Origin: Spirogloea muscicola
Taxonomy: Eukaryota
Reading direction: 5' to 3'
Length of the DNA: 20,000 nt
NCBI GenBank assembly: GCA_009602725.1
Contig: WELB01000008.1
Span: 1,099,288 to 1,119,287 of the forward strand
Below the pieces are notes generated by a model. That model worked only from the letters and a program-made list of their open reading frames with translations. It was not told the DNA's origin and searched no databases. A program made the translations under genes and the position numbers. Numbering within the stretch: position 1 is the stretch's first letter; each line of letters opens with the position of its first letter. Of this stretch, positions 9,542 to 20,000 are shown one piece after another.

Positions 9542-9733
9542 CCCGCGCCCCGGCTTTCGCGCCGCGATTCGCGGCGGGACCCGCGGCGCTGCCGTCGCGC
9601 CCCGGAACCGCCGCCGCCGCCGTAGCGTGGGGCTTCCGGCGCCATCGGTCGCCGGCGCTGAGGGGGAGGCTCGCCGCGCCTCGCCTTCGCTCCGGCCCTC
9701 CCGCTGCCGCACGGCGTTCGGAGCGGCATCGAG
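9542..9733. promoter_or_regulatory. Divergent promoter/5'UTR region between Spt7-like and AP2S, with E2F-like sites
   Basis: Head-to-head genes; TTTCGCGC (9555-9562) and ATTCGCGG (9567-9574) fit the E2F consensus WTTSSCSS. Confidence 0.35.
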
Positions 9734-11377
9734 ATGGTGAGCGAACCCGGCGCCTCTCGGCGGCGGCGGCGGCGGCGGCGGCGGCTACTGCGGCGGCGGC
9801 GGCGGCGAGTCCGGGCCCCGTGTCTCACGGGCCCGGCGCCGTGGCGCGCGCGCGCCCGCAGATACGCTTCATCCTGCTGCAGAACCGGCAGGGCAAGACG
9901 CGGCTGGCCAAGTACTACGTGCCGCTGGAGACGGAGGAGAAGCACAAGGTCCAGTACGAGGTGCGCCGCGCCGCCGCCGCCGACCATCGCCGCCACTTCT
10001 GCGAGGGCTGTAGTCCTCCGAGCCCGCTGCGCAGCCATGCGCCTGGCCCGAGCTGACGCGCCCGAGCCCACCACCGCCGCTCGCTGGCAGGTGCACCGCC
10101 TGGTGGTCAACCGGGACCCCAAGTACACCAACTTCGTGGAGGTAGGACCGCTTCCATGCGGTGCCCTCTGTGACCTGTTACAGAGCACGCGAGCTGCAGC
10201 GCTCGCGTCTCCTCTGCCCTTTGCCATTGTCACGGCTCCCTGGCGCTGGTACGAGTGTCAGGGCTATACGGGTTATGGCTCAGAACCTTCAAGAAGGTCA
10301 CGTTCTGGCTTGCTCTGTCGCAAAGGTTTGGCTGACTGCGAGCTTCCTCCAGCCGCAGCAGCCTCGCTTCAAATGCGGCTTGACGAGACCCATCGACCTC
10401 ACTTGCTCCAGTGGTTGTCTGTCGTCGCAGTTCCGCACGCACAAGGTCATCTACCGGCGGTATGCCGGTCTCTTCTTCTCCCTGTGCGTCGACCTCACCG
10501 ACAACGAGCTGGCTTACTTGGAGAGTATCCACCTCTTTGTTGAGATCTTGGACCACTTCTTCAGCAACGTTTGCGAGCTGGACCTGGTGTTCAACTTCCA
10601 CAAGGTGGGCCCTCTTTCGAGCAATCGTGTCGTGATAGTCCATCCTGACACAATGCACCAGCAGCTGTGTGCTTCAAGGGAGGACGTGAGGTCTTCAGAG
10701 CTTCTTGGACTGTCTTACAGTTGCCTGCTGAAGGTGTCACTGGCTTTTAGATGTTTGTGTCTTGGCAATGCACATGTCTGCCAAATGCAACTGGCACATG
10801 AGTATGTACTTGCTGTACGAAAGGTTCTGTGCACGTTCGAGCGTCTGGTATAGCATGCCCGCACTGGACTTGCTAGAGTAGCATTGCACAACATGTCTTC
10901 TGCAAGGCTGCATTGCTTGATGAACTAATGCTGCTGTTGGGAATCAACTGGAAGTGTCTTGTGTCAATTCTGATGACTCAATAACACCAAGCCCTGTTGT
11001 CTAGCATCTACATCATATGTTGCAACGGTCTGTGGCAATCGCCTGCCCAGTGACAGCTTGTCTTGTCACAATCTTAAAAATCTGCAATCTCATTGTCCGC
11101 AAGGTTTGCGTACGATTGTTGCAGGTGTACTTAATACTTGATGAGTTTATACTAGCTGGAGAGGTCCAAGAGACCAGTAAGAAGGTGATATGCATGCTCA
11201 TGCTGCGCTTACATGCTGCTCTTTCAGCATGCTGCTTGTGGGCGTCCTCCAATCTGCTTCTTTTCGTGCTTGATGGGTGTCTGTATGTTTCCATGTGGCT
11301 CATTGGTTGGCAAGTTGTTGTTTGTGGCAATGCAGCAAATCATTGACCGCATGGCAGAGCTTGAGAAGCTTGACTAG
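9734..11377 (+). CDS. AP2S: AP-2 clathrin adaptor complex sigma subunit (AP17), 142 aa; exons 9734-9736, 9862-9960, 10091-10141, 10431-10604, 11125-11184, 11336-11377
   Basis: The spliced product [24 protein letters not shown]...[108 protein letters not shown] closely matches plant AP2 sigma. All introns are GT-AG, phase 0. Confidence 0.98.
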
Positions 11378-11602
11378 CTTGTAGTGATTGTTTTGAGCGA
11401 AGACACTTCTCATCCTGAGAATATTGCTCGCGCTGTGCTTATGTACATGAGCACACAATTGATAAGCTCTGAAGCACCCAAAATTTACTCAACTGTAGCC
11501 AGAATACTAGTGGACATCTATACGGGTCCATGGTCAAATATGGTGGACAGCACATGCTCTGTGGGCTAGTATGCAGCCCTTGGCTCATCCCGCGTTCGGG
11601 AA

Positions 11603-13623
11603 TCATATTCCCACTAGGTGCTTCCAGCGAAAGTAGCTGAGCATTGTGAGGAAAAAGAATATACCAACTGCGACTGACCCAAAGGTAACCCAGCTGAACA
11701 GCTCTCGGTGTCTAGTTATATACGTGGGTAGGTTCATACCACAGATTCCAGAGCTTACTACTGGAGCCACGCTGGCCAAGGCAAAGGTTGTGATGATGAT
11801 TTGGAACTCATACAGCTTGTTGCGACGGTGATCAACCGCAATTCCTATGTAGTCCTCCGTATCGTCAATGTAACGCCGCAACTGTGCAGCAGTGGGTGAC
11901 GAGGTCATTGTTAGGAGTTGGCAGCATGATCCAAACCAAGTCAACACAAGGCAGCAATCCTTAAGCACATGTGAGGAGGGAGGCTTGAGCAAGGCTGGTC
12001 CTGTTGCTGCTTGATGTAGTGCTGCAAATGATATGATATTGACCAGCAGATCAAGGCCTTCCATGCTGGTACAGGAGGAGCTCAGGAAAGAGGGGCAACA
12101 AGCTATCATACCGCAGTGAGCTTATTAAGGGTGCCGTCTATCTGTCTGAAGTAGGCCTCCAGAAGCATCTCTAGATCCTCCACTCCATCCTCGCTTGCTG
12201 AGTCATCTGATGTTGGTGTAGGTGTCGCATTGCTTCGATGAGCAGACTCTAAAGTTGAAGCAGCATCACTTGCAACAATGGGGGTGCCTTCAACTGTGGC
12301 AGCATCAGGAGAGTCCTGAAGTTGCCTAGTCTGCTGACGACGGCGCGTGAGATACATGTCTGCCATGTCTTCGTCATCATCCAGAAGCTGCTCAATCTCG
12401 TCCCGGATCTGCAGCCAGGAGATGCACCCTGTGAGCGCAAGCCGAGGAGGCGACAGCGTCGGCTGAAGCAATGACGGCAGTGCAGTGCAGACCTCTGACT
12501 CGTTGTTGAGCCATGCATGATGTCAAATACTGATACTAGTAAGCAGCTGTGAGGCCTACACCAAACCAACTGGATCCAAGGATTTGGGCAGAGCCTGCAT
12601 CCACATGGCATGGCTTGATGGCACAGCTTTCAAGCATCAGCAGAGGAGGAGGTAGCTTCCAAGAGCTCCATCAACAGTGTCTCTGAGCCATGCTTCTAGT
12701 GGCCTTGTTCCACGATAAAGTGACGAGGTCGTCATCAGTCTACCCACCTTCTGCACGCGTGCGATCAGATCCGTCATGCGGCTCTTGACGTTCCTGACCC
12801 GCTCGAGGTTGGTCGTGGTGACCTTCACCGTCAGCTCGTCCAGAGCCGGGTACGCGTCGCTGCCGAGCTCCGTGGTGCGGGCGTCCAGGTAGCTCGCCAC
12901 AGCCTCCAGCGCCAGCTCGATGAACTGGAACTCAAAGGGCAGGAGCAGGTCGTCGTCGACGCGGCCAGCCACCGGCAAGTGCGCCTCCGGCCCCTCGGCT
13001 GCGTGGGCTCCGTCCTGACCGCCCGTCTGGGCGAGCAGCGCGGGGCTGGCGCGGTCGCCCTTGCGGAGGAAGGCCGCCGGCGGGGGGGCGGCGACGACGA
13101 CGTGCAGGCGGCGGCGGAGCTGCTCCAGGAACGGGATGATCTCGCGGCTCAGCGGGTTGAGCAGCAGCACCTCGTCCGCCATCACGATGCCCTTGATGAA
13201 CTCCAGGTTGAGCACGATGGCGCGCTCCCGAGCTGCACGACAAGAAGCGGCCACGGCGCCGGCGAGCAGGCCGTCAGCTGCAGGACGTGGGCGGCGCTGC
13301 CGCGGCGGCGGCAGAAGCGGTGGCGGCAGCGGCGGCGGGACCTTGGATGGTGGAATTGCGGGAGGTGAGGGGCCCCAGGATGCGGAGGTCGCGCGCCGGG
13401 ATGCCCGTGCGGCGCATCACGGCGTGCTTGTCCAGCTGCACCACGGCGGCGCGCCCGTCCGTCGCCACCGCCAGCCACGCCCGCTCGCCTGGCCGCTTGC
13501 GCGGCTTGCTGCCCGCCGCCGCCNNNNNNNNNNNNNNNNNNNNNNNNNNNNNNNNNNNNNNNNNNNNNNNNNNNNNNNNNNNNNNNNNNNNNNNNNNNNN
13601 NNNNNNNNNNNNCGGGGCCTCAT
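11603..13623 (-). CDS. MRS2: MRS2/MGT (CorA-family) magnesium transporter; exons 13623?-13342 (crosses gap 13524-13612), 13232-12748, 12408-12112, 11881-11603
   Basis: Motifs DKHAVMRRTGIPARDLRIL, RERAIVLNLE, LPFEF..ELALE, AYPALDELT, NLERVR..KSRM, IRDEIEQLLDDDEDMADMYLT, LEMLLEAYF, YIDDTEDYI, and two hydrophobic C-terminal helices with the GMN motif. The ATG at 13623 is tentative because of the gap. Confidence 0.95.
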
Positions 13624-13709
13624 GGCCAGCCCGGCGGCGGCGGCGGCGGCGGCGCCTCGCCGGGCCCCGCTGCCCGGGCTCTGCGGCGCAGGTCGCGGCG
13701 ACGAGTGAT

Positions 13710-14040
13710 AGAAACGAGTGCTGGAGTTAATAGAGTGCAGCTGCTGATGTTAAAAAGGGCGGCCGTAAAAGAGAGAGAGAAATGACGCTTCCAGTAATGG
13801 GCGATTGTAGTAATTGGCCAGCCCAGAAAAAGGAACAAAGCTCGACGAACTTTTAAAAGAAAAGCGTTAAAGCAAAGCGTTCAAGCCACCCCGGCTGCAG
13901 CGGGCTATAACCAAACCCAGCCCACGCTCAGCGGGCTAACCGCCGTCGCCGCTTCCCCGCGGGGCAGGCTGACCCGGTTAGCCGCTGCGACCAACCGGGG
14001 CCCTTGACCAGCCTTCGCCGGCCTTCCCTAACCCTCTGCT
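13710..14040. promoter_or_regulatory. AT-richer intergenic island, probable shared promoter of MRS2 (-) and SR45a-like (+)
   Basis: Purine/A-rich stretch between two head-to-head GC-rich first exons. CTATAA near 13905-13910 and a telo-box-like CCCTAACCCT near 14026-14035. Confidence 0.4.
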
Positions 14041-14201
14041 GGCTCCGTAACCGCCACCTTCAGGCTAGACTCCACTCGCGCCCGCCGCGCGGCTACGCCG
14101 CCGCGGCCGCCGCCGCCGTTGGCGCCGCCGCCGCCGACGCCGCCGCCGCCACCGTCGCCGCCTTTCCTTGCCGCCGGCGCATCTGCACGTTGTGCGAGGT
14201 C

Positions 14202-16471
14202 ATGGCCCGCCGGTAAGCCTCACTCTCCCTTTGCTGTGACCCTCTCTGCAGCAGCCGTTGCTGCCTCCACCTCCGTCTGTTGCCCCTCGGCTGGCTGTCA
14301 TGCCTATACCTCGCAGCGGTGCAGCGGTAGGACGACAGATGATCTTTCCGAGTGACCGTCTGACGAGGCAGTCCTGCCTGTGCAATTTAAGACTGCGCAT
14401 AAGCTGCATAGGTCAGGCAGGCAGTGCGGTGGTCATATGGCAGTAAGGGTAACGTCACAGGACGGTGCGACAGGCAGTAACGAGGTGCGGCATTGCTCAG
14501 CAATGGCGTCTCATGGCTTCCGTGACCGCATCCGAGCCATGTCCTGGCCCTAGGAGCTGCCTTTGACGAGGCCTTGCGAGTGCTAGTGCTCCAGACAAGT
14601 GTGGAGTCAGCATCGGCTGAGAAGTCCGCTCACCCTTTGGAGTCGCGCGGCGCTGCAGGTATTCGCGGTCGCCATCGCCGGCACCTCGCTACCGCTCGAG
14701 GTCAAGGTCGCCGCCTAGGTGAAGTAGCTGCTCTCCTTCGCCCTATTTCAGTGTCTCTGCCATCCTCAGCTCCGGCTCTTCCCCAAAAGTCCAGAAGGTA
14801 CTCTCTGTCCTGTTGGAAGCTTGCACCTACAGTCGTCCTTCAGCAGATGGTGTTATTTTCCTCATACTCCCTCACTCAAAGCAGAAGGGAGGCGGAAGAG
14901 GCTGAGGCAAACCCAGGCAACAACCTCTACATAACAGGCCTTTCAACCAGGGTCACTGAGCGCGACCTGGAGGACCACTTTGCCCGAGAAGCGAAGGTTG
15001 GTGACAACTTGCACAATACTCTCGCAGCTGAGCAAGAGTGCGCACAGACAGCAGCAAGTATGGCAGCTCAGTGGTGACCTATCCTGACCCTGACCTGAAC
15101 AGGTCATAGAAGCTCGACTTGTCGTCGACCCTCGTACCAAGGAGTCCCGGGGGTTTGGATTTGTGACTGTTTCCACTATTGACGAGGCAGAGAGATGCAT
15201 GAAGTACCTGAACCGCTCAATCCTTGAGGGCCGCGTCATCACGGTTGAGAGGGTGAGCAGCCTCCCGCCCTGTACCTTGCTACCAAGGCTTCCGACATGC
15301 AGCTGATGTCCAGCAGGGCGATCAGCAACATAGGGCAGCCGGTACTGCAGGAGCGGCGGAGGTCAACGTAGGCCTTGCAAGCCGAGGCGGCGCATGTCAT
15401 TGTGGAAGATGGTCTTGCTGCTAACGTGTACTGGAAGATGGCCAGTCCTTGGCAAGGTCCTTGTCTGAGCTGAGGTTGGCTCGTTGGTTCCACATTCAGA
15501 GGAGCATCCTCAGCCACTCAGCCACACCACCCTCCCTCCACCGATTGCCGCTGCAACAACTCTCAAGTCATTCGAGTCGAGTGTTCCGTCGTCCTCGACC
15601 ACACCCCATTCGTTCAGCTCAAGCCACTTTGCTGCAGCTGTCTTTCGTCGACCCCTTCACCAACTGCCGGCTCCCCAACTGTCCTTCCGTCATCGTGCAG
15701 CATCGAGCTAAAGCATCAGCAACCTGCCACAGCTTGTTGCTATAGGTGCCACATGCGACAAGGTTCACTTGGAGATGCCTTGGACTGTGTTGCCTCCTGG
15801 AGAGCAGCCTGACCTTAAGCAGAGAACTGCGGAAGGAGCGCGCCCCTAAGCCTTGGGCCGCTAATGAGGCTTCCATTATGTCCATGGTGACACAGTCATG
15901 GCTTTTAGTGTACGTATGCATACTGTCAGGAAGGCCAGCAACAAGGCAGCAACCCTCATTTGCACTGCATGTCCTTCTATGAGCCAGGCAAAGCGCAAAA
16001 GCGCACGCACACCTACACCTGGCAAGTATCTGGGAGTGCGCACTGCCCGTGAGCTTGGTACGTATAGCATAGTGTAAAGCCATGTCATGTTCCCCTTTGC
16101 CATGGCTTATATTCTTCTCAGGCTCAGCACCTTACACTGCTTATTCTGAGTACAACCACACAGGACACAAGCTTGGACAGTAGGTTCACAATGAGGGAAT
16201 GCCACATACGTGTGTGCTGATCTTGAGCCCTTGCATGTCCTGCTGCAGCCTCTCTACAAGAGTACGAACGAAGTAAAGGTGGAGGCGGCAGCTCAGAGCG
16301 GGAAAGAGAACCCCGTGGCAGCAGCTATCATGATGGCGATGGAAGCAGTGGAAGGAGGTCTCCGCGGTATTCTCCATACCGCGGTAGCCGTGATAGGGAT
16401 CGCTCTCCACGCTACTCTCCATATCGTGGGAGCAGGCGTGATCGTTCTCATTCCCGATCCCGATCACCACG
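14202..16471 (+). CDS. SR45a: SR45a / Tra2-like splicing factor (RS-RRM-RS); exons 14202-14212, 14659-14718, 14885-14996, 15103-15252, 15988-16048, 16249-16471, plus an unresolved short last exon near 16560-16650
   Basis: N-terminal YSRSPSPAPRYRSRSRSP. RRM NPGNNLYITGLSTRVTERDLEDHF...VVDPRTKESRGFGFVT...AERCMKYLNRSILEGRVITVER. Tra2-family linker AKRKSARTPTPGKYLG. C-terminal RSPRYSPYRG repeats. GT-AG introns with consistent phases. Confidence 0.93.
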
Positions 16472-17381
16472 GTGCGTTGGACCCTTGAACCCTTTCAGCA
16501 TGCACACCATCACTATCATGACTTGCCCTGTCTTCACTTTCTCATCTTGTTGTGCCTAGAGACAAGACTTTGCTACACACACCATAGATCCAGAAGACCC
16601 TGCGTAGACAGCTTCGCAACCTTTCTCGCAGTGTCAGGCTGGTCTTGACTCCTGCTTTAGAAGCACAGCCAAGCTTCTTTGCTATATTTCATCGGCTGTG
16701 CGTTCCCTTCGTAACTTTTTGCTGACTAAATTGATATAATTGTTTCATCCTCTGCAACATGAGCAGCCGGTGACTAGCCTTTGGTCCAAGTATACTCATG
16801 ATGAGGCGCATCTGAGTGGTACATTGGTGAAAGCACTGGGCACGTGACAATCTGCAGACAGTCTGGCGTAGGACCGGCTGTGTCCATGATGCGGCTAGTT
16901 AGGCACCTAGTCATTTACCAGCAAGCTACCCAATTTTTGTTAGCTCATGGTGGCAGTAACATATCTGACAAGTAGAGCTTCACTCCAATCTGCCTGTTGG
17001 TTGTGTTGGTCACATTTTGCTGACTGCACAGTATGCTGGGATCTCATATCAATAAACGTATTGCTGCAATGCTTATTCAGGAAGTACAACTCAACAGTCA
17101 CTTGAGAGGTATTTCGCATATAGAAAAAGAATGCTGTCCTAGTTCAGCCGTTCCTACGGCTGGCATGTCATGGCCATGGGCTTTGCATCTAGCAGAGCCT
17201 CTTGGACAAGCACATCTGGAGGCTGTTCAGTGCAGTGCTAAGCCTAAAGATGCTCTCGCTGGTGCTTGCCCGGCCATCCCAGTAATCGAGGAGACATTCG
17301 CAATGCACTTCGCTGGAAAGAAATACCTGTGCGGCTTCACTTGAACATTGGCAAGATCTACACTAGCACTCTGTATCTGTC

Positions 17382-19943
17382 TTACGGGCTGGGAGCATCA
17401 TCAGGAGTGTCACTTGCCTCCAGGGGTGGTCTCTGTGACACGGGTGACAGGAAGGAGCTGTTGTCGTGGCTAGTGAGGGGTGCGGACTTAATTGTTGATG
17501 TGGGCGAGGGCGGGGCAGACAAGAGGGTGTCAAACTGTGAGAAGTCGATTTGGTGGAGCCGCAGTGCGCACAGCATGTGCTCTGGCAGCTCCTCCAGACT
17601 ATTTGCCTGCAAAGTGAGCAACGGCACACACAATCAGATGGACTGACTACCTTCAAGACACGACAGTGTCAGAGAGAAGGCTGCTTCGGCGCCGTACCTG
17701 GATGAGCAGCGAGATGTCGATGACGCAGGCGCGGAGCTTCTCTCGCAGTGAGTGCAGGAACTTGCGGCCCAGGAAGCTGAAGCGGTGCACGTCCAAGTCT
17801 ATCTCTAGGTACGTGGGGCCCTGCCCAGGGTGAAGCCGTGTTGCATTATGTAAGTGCTAAGTGTTTGCTTTGAAGAAGGTACCACTTTGGTGCTCTGGTA
17901 TGAAACAGCTAACTTCAGGGCTTGGAAAGTGCGATGGAGCCCAGGTCAGCAGCCCTCGATATGAGTTGTTGCCATCATCACTTGCATGCCTACGTAAAGC
18001 ATAAACCTCAAACCCTGGGTTTGCCCACCTCAAAGAATTCATGCTGCGGCCGGGAGAGAACGGGCTTCTCGTGGAAGGACAATGCAAGCTTGCGCTCAGC
18101 GGCGGTGAGGTCGAGGTCAGGCAGATTCATGAGGCGCGTCACGATCTTGAGCCGCTCACGGAAGGGCACCGCTGTTTCTCCCATGAACCGGCCCTTCACC
18201 ATTTCCATCTCGTTCGTCATGAACCGCTGTAATAAGCCGAGCCAGCAGTAACAGATAGCAGTCACCAATAGTGGGGGACTAAGCAGGTCGCCCAGCTCGC
18301 ATACCACTCGCTGATGAACTGCAAGGCAAGTGCTTGTAGGGGGTTTTCGACCCTGAGGCCAACCTGCAGGGCTTGCATGGCCTGCGGAGGGCCAGATTGC
18401 TCAAACTCCTCATTGAGCCGGCAATAGAAGACGACACTGACGCCCTCTCCATCGTCGGTCCCGCCAAAGACCTGCGGAGGGTAGCAGGGCAGCTGCACGT
18501 GCCGGGTTGTGCCGCGCAACATGGTGCTGGTGTCAGCAGGAAGCTGCAGACGAGCACACTCTGGTGCTGACGTACAGCGACGAGCGGTCCAAGTGCTCGG
18601 TCTGTCGGGTGGTCGTGGCTAGCCTGGACGTTGACGACGAGCAGGCGAGGCAGCGCTCCCTTGGCCGGCGGCTGGGCCCCGCCCTCATCGGGGGGCAGCT
18701 CCACCAGCTGCGCCACGTGCCGAAGCTTGGGCCCGGATAGGAAGACATCCATGCCGACGGGCTCGTAGATGCAACGTGCCGCTGCCGCCACCTTCTTCTT
18801 GTCCCTGCGTGGCGCGCCAGCGAGCGCCGCGAATGGATGACCAGCGTCAGCTCGACAGCACTGCAGGCGCTGCTTCTCGGAGGCGAGCGCGGGGTCGGCG
18901 GTCTGGTCTCGGGCCCCTACCTCAAGTACGTCCGGCCGCGGATCTTGAAGGTCGAGGCGTCGACGACCGACCAGCAGCCCGACGCGGGCCGGTCGGCGGG
19001 GCACTGTGGCACCTGGAGGCCTGCCCGCGGCCGCTGCAGCATCTTCCTGCCTGCAGCACGAAGCCGCGACAGCACCAAGACGAAGGCTTGATGCATGCCT
19101 GAGGTGTCGGAGGCTCGACCCCCATCGCCGACCATAGCGCATCAGATGTCCCCCCCAGAAGCTTACAAGATGGAGGGTTTAAGTAGAAACGGAGATGGTA
19201 ACGGAAATGGAAACCAGCGGCCCTTTACCGTCGGCTCGGGGGTTCTCAGCGGAGGAGGCCTCGCCCTTGGGCTTCCGGCGCAGGAGCGAGGACATGCGGC
19301 GCTGCAGCCGGCGGGAGGGCGTCGTGGGAGAGGTGCTGCCGCCGCCGCCGAGGGTGGCGGCGGCGAGGTCCATCTTCACCGACGGCAGGCACAGCAGCTT
19401 CCCGCGTTGGCCGCCGGTCGAGAATGAGGGCCGCGGGCCCACTGAGACCCTGCGGGCGAGGGCGCGGTCCTGGGCGCCGCCCCCGTCTGCCGGCAGTGGC
19501 GAGGACACGGAGCTCAGCTTGGCGCTGGCCAGCGCCAGGCCCTCCGCTGGCGACGCCGCCGCGGCCGTCGGCGACGACGGCTCGGCCCCCAGCGCCGCGT
19601 CGTCGTCGAACCAGAGCTCCCCCGACGAATCTGGCGGGCGCGCCGAGGTGGGTTTCGCGAGTCATCGTCGATGGCATCGAGGCGGGGCGCGGAGCGGCCC
19701 TCGCCGGTGGCGGCGAGCTCGTGGCTGGCTCTGGGGGGCGCTGGCGGCGGCGGCGGCGGCGGCGGCGGAGTCTAGAGCTCGGCGTTGTGGATGTGGACCT
19801 GCGCACAGCGCGTCGTGGTAGATGGACGCGCTGCCGTTGGCGAGAGCGGCATCGTCCTGGCCCCCGCCGCCGTCGCCGCGGCGGCCGTGCCGTCTCCGGT
19901 GCTTGCGCAGCGGGGCGTGGCCGCGGGAGATGCAGAGGCCCAT
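17382..19943 (-). CDS. EDR2 C-terminal domain (DUF1336) protein, CW14-like, about 510 aa; exons 19943-19799, 19630-19229, 19050-18921, 18804-18624, 18492-18364, 18226-18029, 17820-17698, 17606-17382
   Basis: Motifs RPRAGLQVPQC...CWSVVDASTFKIRGRTYLRDKKK, YEPVGMDVF, LPRLLVVNVQ-LPCYP, DGEGVSVVFY, PFRERLKI, EKPVLSRPQHEFF, GPTYLEIDLDVHRFSF and IQ-ANSLEELPEHMLCALRL match the plant DUF1336/CW14 group. The N-terminus is MGLCIS. Confidence 0.92.
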
Positions 19944-20000
19944 GTGGGGCTGCCGCTGCCGCCCGGCGACGGCGGCGGGCGTCCCGCGGCGGCGGCTGCT

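Noticed and set aside
8798..10233. Long ORFs with poly-K, poly-F and poly-R runs
   Set aside because: They result from translating the poly-T run, the gap and GC-rich microsatellites; the real coding parts belong to Spt7-like and AP2S exons.
16650..17380. Short ORFs between SR45a-like and the DUF1336 gene
   Set aside because: AT-richer sequence consistent with converging 3' UTRs; no domain motifs or coherent exon chain.

Overview
Eukaryotic, intron-rich genomic DNA from a green plant lineage, most likely a streptophyte alga. This is inferred from land-plant-like proteins, short GT-AG introns, very GC-rich (GCC)n 5' gene ends and compact gene spacing. No prokaryotic operon, CRISPR array, rRNA or tRNA was found. 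Six spliced genes were rebuilt by hand: a DUF3419/BtaA-like gene that seems to stop after exon 2 (+), an Spt7-like SAGA subunit with both a bromodomain and a histone-fold (BTP) domain (-), AP-2 sigma (+), an MRS2/MGT Mg2+ transporter (-), an SR45a/Tra2-like splicing factor (+) and an EDR2_C/DUF1336 CW14-like protein (-). The left end holds a probable PTS2-bearing gene start cut by a gap, then about 1.1 kb of scrambled, hairpin-rich sequence with degenerate LINE reverse-transcriptase motifs. The best finding is the Spt7-like gene, which appears to combine the angiosperm TAFL/AT5G65540-type N-terminus with a fungal Spt7-type bromodomain. It also carries a recent 60-bp-period duplication that creates a second in-frame splice donor. 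Homology calls rest on remembered motifs, not database searches.
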